A DNA stretch of 64,000 bases from Methanomassiliicoccales archaeon. GTDB taxonomy: Archaea > Thermoplasmatota > Thermoplasmata > RBG-16-68-12 > SOIM01. The notes under the pieces are model-generated. The model did not search any database. It was not told the DNA's origin and worked only from the letters and a program-made list of their open reading frames with translations. The DNA lies in contig JAUVGH010000004.1 of assembly GCA_030593885.1 (NCBI GenBank), positions 13,783 through 77,782 of the forward strand. Reading direction: 5' to 3'. Every line of letters starts with the position of its first letter. Positions within the stretch are counted from its first letter, which is position 1. Made by a program: the position numbers and the translations under genes. Below, piece by piece: positions 1-11,400 of the stretch.

Positions 1-2
1 TC

Positions 3-3000
3 GCATCTGGAAGTACTGTGTACGGTTTCAGACACGTCGACATCCAGATACACGATAACGTGATAGAGAACCTCATCAGTCCGACCTACACCGGCTACGG
101 TGTCTGCTGGTACTACGAGGTCTATTACTCCACTCAGGACTACGACAGCTCCATCAACTTGGACTTCACCGGCAACAACTTCACCGACCTGGACAACGAC
201 GGCATCGCCTTCAGGAACTGGGCCGGCTGGGACTCCGGGTACTTCAGGAACGCCAGCGTCAACATACAGAACAACAACTTCAGGAACACCGTGAGCAGCT
301 ACATGGACTACGGCATATATCTCAGGACAATTTACTACGGCCGAACGGACGCTGACAACTCCATCGACATCACCATCACTGGCAACACCTTCGACAGCCT
401 GAACAACTACGGCATATACTTCTATTCTGGGACAGGCTGGGACTTCGAGGGATACAGGAACGCCAATGTTGTGATCATGAACAATGAGATGCACAATACC
501 ATGGGCAACTGGATGGATTACGGAATATACCTCCAAGGGTTCGAGTTCGGTGGCGACAGCTACGACAATTACTTCGATATGCTAGTGACCGGCAACAACA
601 TGAGCGATTTGACAGCCAACGGTATCTATATTGAAGGTCAGATCTACTTCTACCGCCATACGACCATCGACATCCTGGACAACGTCTTCAGCGATGTTTA
701 CAACAACTTCGACAGGGGCATCTACTTCTCCAGCACCATCTACCACACAACCGACTATGACACAGACATCGTAATAAACATCGAAAGGAACTGGTTCTTC
801 GATATGAACAGCTATGGCATTCACTTCTCTGGCGCGATATTCAACTTCAGGAACGCGACTGTGACGGTCCAAGACAATAACTTCCTCTGCCTGATCAGCA
901 ATTGGATGGACTATGGCGTGTACATGCAGAACGTCCAATATGGCGATGATAGTTACGACAACTACTTCGATCTGACACTGCTCAATAACAGGTTCGAGAA
1001 CTTGACCAACTACGGCTTCAGGATTAGCCAGATCTATGGCTACCGCCATGTGACGATTGATATTACCGGTAATTATGCGAGCGATGTCTACGCGAACTTC
1101 GATTATGCATTCATGTTCTCAAGCAGCATCTACTACAACAGCGCCTATGACTCTTCCTTCACATTGACGATATCAGGGAACACCTTCATGGACCTCATAA
1201 CACGATCTATCGACTTCAACGGAGATATCTGGGACTTCCGCAACGTGTTGATAACGGTCGACAACAACGACTTCATCAACTTGATCAGCAACTGGATGGA
1301 CGGCGGAGTTGAGTTGGGCCCCATGTACTACAGCGACTTCGACCAGGACAGTTCGATTCGTATCGATATCACCAACAATGTCTTTGAGAACCTGAGCTAC
1401 GCTGGCTTCAGAGTGACCAACCAGATATACGGCTACCGCCATGTCACGATAGACGTCCTGGACAACTTCTTCAGCGACGTGTACAACAGCTTCGATTACG
1501 GCGTCTACTTCAGCTCAATCTACTACACGACCGACTATGACGCGGACTTCACAATTTCAGTGCTAAGAAACACATTCCAGGACCTCAGCAATCGCGCGGT
1601 CTACTTCTCTGGCAGCATCTACAACTTCAGAACAACGGTGATCACGATCGAAGACAACTTCTTCGGGGGCGTGGTCAGCAACTGGATGGACTACGGCGTC
1701 GACTTCTCTGACATCTATTATGATGTCTATGATGTCGCGGCGTATCTGTTCTTCAACGTTACCAACAACAGATTCGAGAACATCTCCAACCGTGGATTGG
1801 ATGTCAACGAGATCTACAACATGAGATACACCTACATCAACATCATCAACAACTACTTCAGCGACATCTACAACAACTTCGACTACGGCGTCTACTTCAA
1901 CGATGGGTTCTACATTGATGGCCCCGAATACGACTCCGAGTTCATTCTTAACTACCTCAACAACGAGATCAGAAATCTCGATTACTGGGGATATGGAGCA
2001 TATTTTAGCCAAACGGGGAACTACAGGATAGTTACTGTTCTAGTGGACAACAACGATTTCATAAGCACGCTGAGCGGATCAACTGGATACGCAATCTACT
2101 TCGACGGATTCTATAATGATGATGAGATGTACGACAACTACTTCGACTTCGACTTCACCAACAACAACGTCGAGAACCTGACCTACATGGGGCTGTACCT
2201 CAGCTACGTGGAGAACTACCGCTTCACGTATATTGACGTTCTCAACAACTACCTCAGCGACATCTACCGGAACTTCGAATATGGCATCTACATCGATGGC
2301 TGCTATATCGACTCCACTGACTATTACAGCGAGGCCTTCTTGAACATCCTGAACAACGAGTTCAGGGACGGCGACTACTGGTCATATGGCGTCTACTTCT
2401 ACGAGTTCGGCAACTATCATCTGACCGTAGTGGAGATCCACACCAACGACTTCATATCCACGAGGAGCGACACTTTCGGCTACGGCGTCTACATCGAGTA
2501 CTTCTACTTCGATGACGACATGTACGACACCTACCTCTGGTTCAACGCCACCAACAACGTGATGGAGAGCCTCAACGGCGAAGGCTTCACAATTTACGAG
2601 ATCTACGGCTTCAGGCACGTGTACATCGACTTCCTGGACAACTCCTTCACCGGCCAGTTCAACAACTTCGACACTGGCATATACTTCGGGGAGGACACCA
2701 TCTACTACTCCACTAACTACGACTCCGACCTGACGATAAACATCCTGAGGAACACCTTCATGGACCTCAGCAGCAGGGGCGTATACTTCGATGGGGACAT
2801 CTACGACTTCCGAACGGTCACGATAACGATCGACAACAACGACTTCATCAACACCCTCGGCAACTGGATGGACTACGGAGTGTACATGAATTACATATAC
2901 TTCGACAACAGCAACTCTGATACCTACCTCTTCCTAGACATCACCAACAACGACTTCCAGAATCTGTCCCAATACGGCTTCAGGATGAGCCAGATCTACT

Positions 3001-5450
3001 ACTACCGACATGTGACGATAAACATACTCAACAACCAGTTCAGCGACATCTACAACAGTTTCAACTATGGAATCTACTTCTCCAATGACATATACCACAC
3101 CAGGTCTTTCCCGGGCACCTTCGATCTCGTGGTGACCAACAACTTCTTCAACGATCTGACGAGCTATGCGGTGCGCTTCAACCAGGTCAGGTACTTTGAG
3201 ATTACGGACATGCTCATCGTGGACAACGACTTCTCACGCTCGGACTACGGTTTCTACATCAATGGCGGTGTGGATTACGCAGGCATCTGGGACTTCGAGT
3301 TCGCCAGGAACAACGGGGACGACATGGACAGCTACATGCTGTACCTGGGAGGAACCTCGTACGGCAATGATGGTGACATGGCCACGATTTGGGTCCACGA
3401 CAATACCATGTCCGGCTCATGGGACGGAATCTACGTGGATGGTCTGTACTACTACGACCTGTCAGGAGGATTACTGATCGAGCTCAACACCTTCACGGAC
3501 ATGAGGAACGGATATGGTATCGAGCTCGGATGGTTCTATCAGGTCGACAATGCTTACTTCACCATCCGGGACAACACCATCACCGGGAACATGTGGGCCG
3601 CCATCTACTTCGACGGAGCAGAGGACATGGCCTATGTCCTTGACATCATCAACAACGACCTGACCGGCGTCCAGAACGCCATATACCTCAGTTATCCAGT
3701 CTACGGTGACGGCATGTTCACCGTGGGAGTCATCAACATCAACCAGAATGATGTAAGGGACCTTACTGGCTATGGAATCTCCATCGACAATGTCTACAAC
3801 GGCCTCATGGACCTGAACATTGACAACAACCTCTTCAGGGGCGATCCGCTCGCTTACTACGGCGTGACGTTCTTCTACTTCGACTACGCCGAATGGAACT
3901 CCATATCCAACATCGACATCACCAATAACATCTTCGAGGACGCGTTCTACGGCTTCTACTTCAGGTACCAGACCAGCGGCTCGATGATCTCCCTTAACAT
4001 GGACCACACATATGTCACCAACACCTTCTACGCCTTCTACTTCGACGATCCGGTCAGTTCCAGCTCGGATGTGATGAACGTGAAGATCAAGAAGAGCATC
4101 TTCACCAATTCACAGCTTTCGTTCTTCTACATGGACGATCCTGGATACGGTCTCTTCATCGTGGACATAACCGACTGTAAGGTGAACGACTACGGCTCAT
4201 TGGGCGGTTACGGCTTCTACTTGGCCGACAACGATGGAGCGTACATACAGATAGATGTCCATTCGACCGAGTTCGTGGGCAGCTCGTCTAGGCTTGGCGA
4301 TGCTTTCGCCGGTGATGGACAGATACTCATCAACTTCTGGTACATAGACGGAATCACATCCGGTGTCTCCAATGGCTGGAACCAGAGGATGCAGGTCCTC
4401 TGGGACGTGGACGTTCAGGTCTATGTGGGATACGACTTCAGCACTGCAGCAGGACCTGGAATCATCGTGTACGTCGATGACCAGTTCGGATACCAGAGCT
4501 TCTACACCACAACCAACGCGGCTGGAGCCGTGCCTGGCGAGACAGTTGCAGGAACTCTCATTACCTACAGTGGCACATCGTTCAGCGGTCAGGCCGTTCA
4601 CACATTCTGGGCGACGCAAGGACCGTTCTCGGGTAGCGCTGTGGGCTCGTTCAATGCGAATGGCTCGATTGCGATCCTCCTTCCAGGAGACAATGATGGC
4701 GATGGTCTCCACGACGGAATAGACATTGACGATGACAATGATGGCGTTCCAGACATCTACGACGACTTCCCATTCGATGCCACCGAGATCAGGGACACCG
4801 ACGGTGATGGCATTGGAAACACCAATGATACTGATGACGATGGCGACGGAGTGCCAGATATCGTGGACGCGTTCCCGGAGAACCCATCGGAATGGAGTGA
4901 TATCGACGGCGACGGCGTCGGGGACAACACCGACATAGACATTGACGGCGACGGGATACCCAACATCGTGGACACCTCACCATACAACAACACCGGATTC
5001 CAGGATATGGACGGCGATGGAGTCGCGGACAACATCGACGCCTTCCCGTACAGCCCCGCTGAGTGGGCTGACAACGATGCCGACGGCGTTGGCGACAACT
5101 TGGACGAGGATGACGATAACGACGGCGTGCCCGACACGGCCGACCTCTATCCATTCGATCCGACAAGAACGGATACAAGGGCCGACGAACAGATCAACAT
5201 CGACATCAACGAGGGAGCCGACCTGGGTACCGCACTCGCAATCCTGATAATCGGTATAGTCATACTCGCGCTCATATGGCTCCTCTTCGGTCGCAAGAAG
5301 AAGGACGAGGACGAGGGAGTTCCTCCTGGGCCTGAGGAAGAGATTGAACCTGAGGAAGATGAGATACCGGAAGAGCCGGAAGAAACGATGGAAGAAGAGC
5401 CCGAGGAAGAGGAGAAGTCCTCTGATCTGGAAGATGAGGACATCTTCTAG
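3..5450 (+). CDS. Giant membrane-anchored surface protein (5'-partial): parallel beta-helix repeats, thrombospondin type-3-like Ca-binding repeats, C-terminal TM helix and acidic tail
   Basis: Frame is open from the window edge. Recurrent ~65-aa units (Y/F)R(N/H)VxIxIxxNxF...NWMDYG or NNFDYG; DxDGDG repeats at ~4690-5170; TM LGTALAILIIGIVILALIWLLFG followed by RKKK and an E/P-rich tail. Confidence 0.85.
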   Translation, partial: ASGSTVYGFRHVDIQIHDNVIENLISPTYTGYGVCWYYEVYYSTQDYDSSINLDFTGNNFTDLDNDGIAFRNWAGWDSGYFRNASVNIQNNNFRNTVSSYMDYGIYLRTIYYGRTDADNSIDITITGNTFDSLNNYGIYFYSGTGWDFEGYRNANVVIMNNEMHNTMGNWMDYGIYLQGFEFGGDSYDNYFDMLVTGNNMSDLTANGIYIEGQIYFYRHTTIDILDNVFSDVYNNFDRGIYFSSTIYHTTDYDTDIVINIERNWFFDMNSYGIHFSGAIFNFRNATVTVQDNNFLCLISNWMDYGVYMQNVQYGDDSYDNYFDLTLLNNRFENLTNYGFRISQIYGYRHVTIDITGNYASDVYANFDYAFMFSSSIYYNSAYDSSFTLTISGNTFMDLITRSIDFNGDIWDFRNVLITVDNNDFINLISNWMDGGVELGPMYYSDFDQDSSIRIDITNNVFENLSYAGFRVTNQIYGYRHVTIDVLDNFFSDVYNSFDYGVYFSSIYYTTDYDADFTISVLRNTFQDLSNRAVYFSGSIYNFRTTVITIEDNFFGGVVSNWMDYGVDFSDIYYDVYDVAAYLFFNVTNNRFENISNRGLDVNEIYNMRYTYINIINNYFSDIYNNFDYGVYFNDGFYIDGPEYDSEFILNYLNNEIRNLDYWGYGAYFSQTGNYRIVTVLVDNNDFISTLSGSTGYAIYFDGFYNDDEMYDNYFDFDFTNNNVENLTYMGLYLSYVENYRFTYIDVLNNYLSDIYRNFEYGIYIDGCYIDSTDYYSEAFLNILNNEFRDGDYWSYGVYFYEFGNYHLTVVEIHTNDFISTRSDTFGYGVYIEYFYFDDDMYDTYLWFNATNNVMESLNGEGFTIYEIYGFRHVYIDFLDNSFTGQFNNFDTGIYFGEDTIYYSTNYDSDLTINILRNTFMDLSSRGVYFDGDIYDFRTVTITIDNNDFINTLGNWMDYGVYMNYIYFDNSNSDTYLFLDITNNDFQNLSQYGFRMSQIYYYRHVTINILNNQFSDIYNSFNYGIYFSNDIYHTRSFPGTFDLVVTNNFFNDLTSYAVRFNQVRYFEITDMLIVDNDFSRSDYGFYINGGVDYAGIWDFEFARNNGDDMDSYMLYLGGTSYGNDGDMATIWVHDNTMSGSWDGIYVDGLYYYDLSGGLLIELNTFTDMRNGYGIELGWFYQVDNAYFTIRDNTITGNMWAAIYFDGAEDMAYVLDIINNDLTGVQNAIYLSYPVYGDGMFTVGVININQNDVRDLTGYGISIDNVYNGLMDLNIDNNLFRGDPLAYYGVTFFYFDYAEWNSISNIDITNNIFEDAFYGFYFRYQTSGSMISLNMDHTYVTNTFYAFYFDDPVSSSSDVMNVKIKKSIFTNSQLSFFYMDDPGYGLFIVDITDCKVNDYGSLGGYGFYLADNDGAYIQIDVHSTEFVGSSSRLGDAFAGDGQILINFWYIDGITSGVSNGWNQRMQVLWDVDVQVYVGYDFSTAAGPGIIVYVDDQFGYQSFYTTTNAAGAVPGETVAGTLITYSGTSFSGQAVHTFWATQGPFSGSAVGSFNANGSIAILLPGDNDGDGLHDGIDIDDDNDGVPDIYDDFPFDATEIRDTDGDGIGNTNDTDDDGDGVPDIVDAFPENPSEWSDIDGDGVGDNTDIDIDGDGIPNIVDTSPYNNTGFQDMDGDGVADNIDAFPYSPAEWADNDADGVGDNLDEDDDNDGVPDTADLYPFDPTRTDTRADEQINIDINEGADLGTALAILIIGIVILALIWLLFGRKKKDEDEGVPPGPEEEIEPEEDEIPEEPEETMEEEPEEEEKSSDLEDEDIF
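3639..5215 (+). repeat. Segment colinear with 11411-12987 (offset 7772), containing near-identical blocks shared by the two giant genes
   Basis: 3639-3688 equals 11411-11460 exactly (50 nt); 4053-4136 vs 11825-11908 has 1 mismatch; 4491-4597 vs 12263-12369 has 2 mismatches. Confidence 0.9.
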
Positions 5451-5491
5451 ACAGGGGCGATTGAATTCATCTAGAGGAGAATAGTGATAAC

Positions 5492-8400
5492 ATGGAAGAA
5501 GAAGCCGAATCCATGAGTGAGATTGTGGTTGAACGATCCTTCAGGCGGGTCATTTTTGTCGCCGTGTTCGCCCTCTTTGCATTTGCTGCATTGATGGTCA
5601 TGAGCTCGGAACCTGCCGAGGCGTATACCGTGGTCGCTACTGAAACTTGGATAGCTCCCACGTCCCTCAACGAGGACCTCATAATCGCCCCGGGCGGCGT
5701 GCTGAACCTCCAGTCGGAGCTCTACATGCAGCTCGCGTTCACCGGACAGTATCAGGTGCGAGTTCAGGCCGGCGGGACCTTGAACATGGACGGAGGGACG
5801 ATTACTAGGGATCCTCTGTGGCCACCTGTCTACTACAGCTTCTATCTCGACGTGGGTAGCACTGGGTCGTTCGTGAATTCACAAGTGTCGTACGCTGGCG
5901 GAGGTAGCATGGGAATGTGGATTGAGACCTCTGCATTGACGTTCGACGGATTCACTGTGAGCGATGGAGAGTTCGCCGGAATAATGTACAGCAGTGACCT
6001 TGGCGGCTTCACGATGACCGGCAGTAACGTTGTAAACAACGCTGGTGTTGGGATCTACATCTCTGATTCTACTGCGCCCGATTACGTGTTCAACTTCCTG
6101 GGAAACACTCGCATTGTGAACAACATCCAAGTCGGCGTATACACGGAACCATTAACTGGCACCAATCTGGCAATGAACTTCCAGTCCTCTCAGGTCGCAG
6201 GCCATATGGCGGGCATCTACATTGAAAACGTTGCAAATGGAAACGTCGTTATGGACTTCCAGTCTTCCCTTATCGAGAACAACGATATGATGGCCAATCT
6301 CTGGATTGACCAGGTTGCCAACGGGGATGTGACAATCACCGCTTTCAACACTCATTTTGACTCCAGCGATCAAGGATATGGCATCGTGCTCGGAACTTTG
6401 GGCTCACCAATTGTGACGACGAACTTGTTGATATCCCTGGATCAGAGCTTTGTCAATGATAACGGCGACAGTGGCATCTATGTATCATCCGTCAACGACG
6501 GCTGGATGGATCTTGATTTCACAGATACACAAGTCAATGGAAATGGTTGGTTCTTTGGTTCCGATGGGATATATCTGCCAATGGTGGCCCCAGGCAATGA
6601 TCTATACTTCGGCGCTCTCCGGTCGAGCTTCTCCAACAATGCAGGGTCGGGGATATTCTTCGCTGGTGCAAATCCAGGAAGGATGTACATCGACATCGAC
6701 TTTTGTGACTTCTTCGTCAACGGGGCCGAAGGCCTTGATATCGGCTTCATAACCCAAGGAGGCCTCGATCTAGGCGTGAGGAACAGTTGGATCGAAGGGA
6801 ACGGAGGGGAAGCAATCTTCGTGAGGGGCCTCAACGGAGGCTCGGCAACGATTGTAGTGGACAACAACTCGTTCAACAACTCCTATTCCGCCATCTACTT
6901 CCTTGGCACCCTTGAGACAATCCCCGGAACCAGCGGGACGTTCACGTTCACCTTCACGAACAACTGGCTCAACGCTGATTGGAGTCAATACGGCGTCCAC
7001 TTCGCAAGCAACGTTCAGTTCTTCGACGAGATACTCATCACGGTCGACGACAACTACTTCTGGGGAATGGAATCCCGATCCTATGGCTTGTTCTTTGACG
7101 GTGTGGTCAGAGGCGATCTCAATTTCTGGCAGAATCTCACGATTAGCATCAGTGGCAACGAATTCGTCGGTCTGGATGAGTCCGCCGTGTTCTTCAATCA
7201 ACCGATCTTCGGATTCCGCAACATTGACATAACTATTAGCAACAACTTCCTCTGGGATACCGACTTCGACTACGACTTCGGCTTCGTGTTCTGGGCCATC
7301 ATGGGAGACACCGACCTTGACCTCAACCTTAACGTGATCTCGAACAACAACGTCTATGACACCCTGGGATCCTATCCGTTCTACATTCATGTGGAAAGCT
7401 TCAGACATGTATACATGGAGTTCTCCAACAACGACTTCTTTGGGAATGGGTTCACACAGTACGGGATAATCCTAGATGGGTTCGAATATGGTGCCACGGG
7501 AGAGCTGAGCGATACCGTCCTGATCTTCGACAATAACGAGTTGTATGATCTGACCACTTGGGGAATCTACGTGAGCACACTGGGAATGCCCGTCTCCAAA
7601 GACCTTAGTATGACATTCACCAACAACCATTTCAACGGAACCACTTACGGGACATTCTTCGTAGGAGTACACTTCGGGGGCCAGTTCTACTATACTAGCG
7701 CCGAAGACGGTTCCTACAGTTTGCTGATGGACAACAACGAGTTCTTAGGGCTGCAGGAGACTGGCGTCTACTTTGACTCATCCATTTCTGACTTCTCGGA
7801 CGTCAATATAGACTTCAGGAACAATCTCTTCGAGAACAGGATGAACAACATCTGGATGGACTACGGAATCAACTTCGCAAGTGGCATAGGGTTCTCTGAC
7901 GTCAACCGAGCCAGCGCCTTTACACTGACACTAGAATCCAACCAGTTCTACGATCTCAATAACGATGCATTCGTTGTCACGAGCACTATCGGCGGATTCA
8001 GGAACGTGACCTTCGTCGTGGAGAGGAACGTTTTCGAGAACAGGGTCAGCAACTACATGGAATTCGGCATCAACATTTGGGGCGGGTTCTACTACGATAC
8101 TAACGACTATGACAACTTCCTCTACTATTCTATCAGGGAGAACACCTTCCGCGACCTGAACCAGGACGGGATAAGGTTTGACTCTTGGAGCGCAACCTAC
8201 GGCTTCAGACATGTGGACATCCAGATCCACGACAATGTGTTCGAGAACCAGATGGACCCCAACAACCTGAACAACGGCATCTACTGGTATTACGAGGTAT
8301 TCTACTCCACGAGCATGTACGACAGCTCTTTGAACATCGACATTACTGGAAATATATTCAATGACATTAGCCAGGACGGTATCGCGTTCAGGAATAATTG

Positions 8401-11400
8401 GGGCTGGGAGTTCGGCCAATTTGCGAACGCAACCGTCAATATCCAGGACAATGTGTTCATCAACTCGGTCAGCGGGGGCATGGACAACGGCATCTATCTC
8501 AGACCAATATGGATTGATCGAATGGATCTGGACAACTCATTGAGCATAACGATCGTGAACAACACGTTTGACAGCCTGATGGTAGACGCGATTCACTTTG
8601 CCGACTTCAGTGGACGCGAGTTCGAAGGTTACAGGAACGTCAACGTTCTGATATCCCAGAACGTGTTCTACAACACTTACGGCAACTGGATGGACAACGG
8701 CGTCGTCCTCCAGGGATTCGAGTACTGGGATAGCAGCTATGCAAATACACTCTACATAGAGATCTCCAACAACGATGCCAGGGACCTGACTGCCCAGGGT
8801 ATCTCCATTGGAGGCCAGATCTACTACTACAGCACCGTCGAGATAATCACCCACGACAACTACTTCAGCGATGTCTACAACAACTTCGACAGAGGCATAT
8901 ACTTCACTGGGTCGATCTTCTACACGACCGATAACGACGGGTACTTCCACTTCACGTCCGTCCGGAACGAGTTCTTCGATCTGATGAGCATCGGAGTCCA
9001 TTTCGGAGGCAGCGTCTACGACTTCCGCAACGTCACCATTCAGATCCAGGACTCGATCTTTGTCAACTCGATCAGCAACTGGATGGATCACGGCGTCTAC
9101 TTCCAGGATGTGTACCATAACGATGATAGCTACGACAACTCCTTTGTGCTGATGATCACCAACAATAGGTACGAGAACCTGACGGCCTATGGTTTCAGAG
9201 TCAACCAGATTTACAACTTCCGCAATGTTGACATTGACATCCTGGACAATTACTACTCAGATGTCTACAACAACTTCGACTACGGCGTGTATTTCGACAG
9301 CGGCATCTATGGCAACACTCCCTACGACGGCTCATTCTTGCTCACAATCGCTGGGAACACATTCCTGGACCTGAGCACTCGAGGCGTGTACTTCTCTAAC
9401 GATATCGGGGATTTCAGGAATGTATTGATAGTCGTGGACAACAACATCTTCAGGAACACCCTCAGCAACTGGATGGATGACGGAATATACTTCAACTACA
9501 TTTACTACGACGACTTCGATTACGTGTCCTCCTTCCAACTGGACATGACCAACAACATCTTTGAGAACCTGAGCTACTCCGGCGTCAGGATCGCCGATGA
9601 ACTCTACTACTACCGAACCGTCCTCTTCAACATAATCAACAACCAGTTCAGCAGTACATACAGCAGCTTCGACTACGGCTTCTACCTCAACAGCGACATC
9701 TACTACACGACCATGTACGACTCGGATCTAACAATCAACGTGTTTGACAACACGATTCATGACATGAGCAACATGGGGATCAGATTCGGCTCGTTCTACG
9801 ACTACCGCAACGTCACAATTACCGTGAACAACAACGACTTCAGAAGCACCATCAGCAACTGGATGGACTACGGTATGTACATCTCTGAGGCGGAATACGG
9901 TGTTTACCTTGATTATACCAACTTCTATCTGACGGTCACCAACAACAACTTCGGGAATATGACCCAATATGGTTTCGTCATCTATGACATATACGAATAC
10001 CGCTTCGTAACGATAGACGTTCTCAACAACTACGTCAGCGACATGTACAACAACCTCGACATTGGCTTGTACATCGGCGATGACATCGGACTGAGCGATC
10101 CATCCTCTGATGGTGTCCTGCGGATAAACATCATCAACAACGAGGTCAGGAACCTCTACTGGTGGGGCACTGGCATATACTTCGAGGACATGTACAATTT
10201 CCGTCAGGTCTTTGTCACGGTTCAGGGCAACAACTTCTACAACGTTCAGCAGTACAGCCGGACTGGATACGGTATCTACCTCAACGATTTCTATTACGAT
10301 AGCGACGCCTACGACACATATCTGTGGGCGGACGTCTCCAACAACCACATGGAGAGCATGTATCAAGAGGGAATCACGATCTACGAGATCTACGGCTACA
10401 GAACCGTTTACTTGGACTTCCTGGACAACTCCTTCTCTGATATGTTCAATGATTTCAACTACGGGATATATCTCTACGAGATCTACTACAACACAGACTA
10501 CGACTCCACTCTTAGTCTGAACGTTCTCAGGAACACCTTCACGGACCTCAGCAGCTACGGGTTCTATAGCTACGAGATCTATGATTTCCGCAACGTGTGG
10601 ATCGCCATCGAGTACAATGACTTCACCAACACCATCAGCAACTGGATGGACTATGGTGTGTACATCTCCTACATCTACTACGACACACAGATCCACGACT
10701 CCTACCTGTACTTCGACATGAACTTCAACACCTTCCAGAACCTCAGCAACCGTGGCCTGTACATTAGCGAGATCTGGGACATAAGAAATGTGATCATGAA
10801 CTTCCACTGGAATCAGTTCAGCGACATCTACGACTCCTTCAATTACGGAGTCTACATAGGCAATACCTACTATACGGATGCCTTCCCTGGAACGTACTAT
10901 CTGGGCGTTAACAACAACAGCTTCAACGATCTGACGAGCCAAGCTTTCCGAATCAACAGCGTCGAGGAGTTCACGTACACTGACATGATCATTCGAGACA
11001 ACGATTTCTCCAGATCGGACAACGGCTTCTATATCAGTGACGGAGTGAGCTATTCTAACAACTGGTACATCTTCTTCACCAAGAACAACGGCGACGACAT
11101 GGACAGCTACATGCTGTATCTCGGCTCGAACTCATACGGAGACGACGGAGACGTTGCGAACATAATCGTCACCGAGAACACCATGAGCGGATCGTGGGAC
11201 GGATTCTACCTCGGGGAGATCTACTACTACGACCTCTCCAACATGGTCCTGATCGAGAACAACGTCATGCTCGATATGAGGAACGGCTATGGAATAGAGT
11301 TCGGATGGTATGCCGAGAACGACGCCTACATCCTCATCCAGGGCAACACCATCACAGGGAACATGTGGGCCGCCATGTACTTCTCAGGGTTCGAGGACCA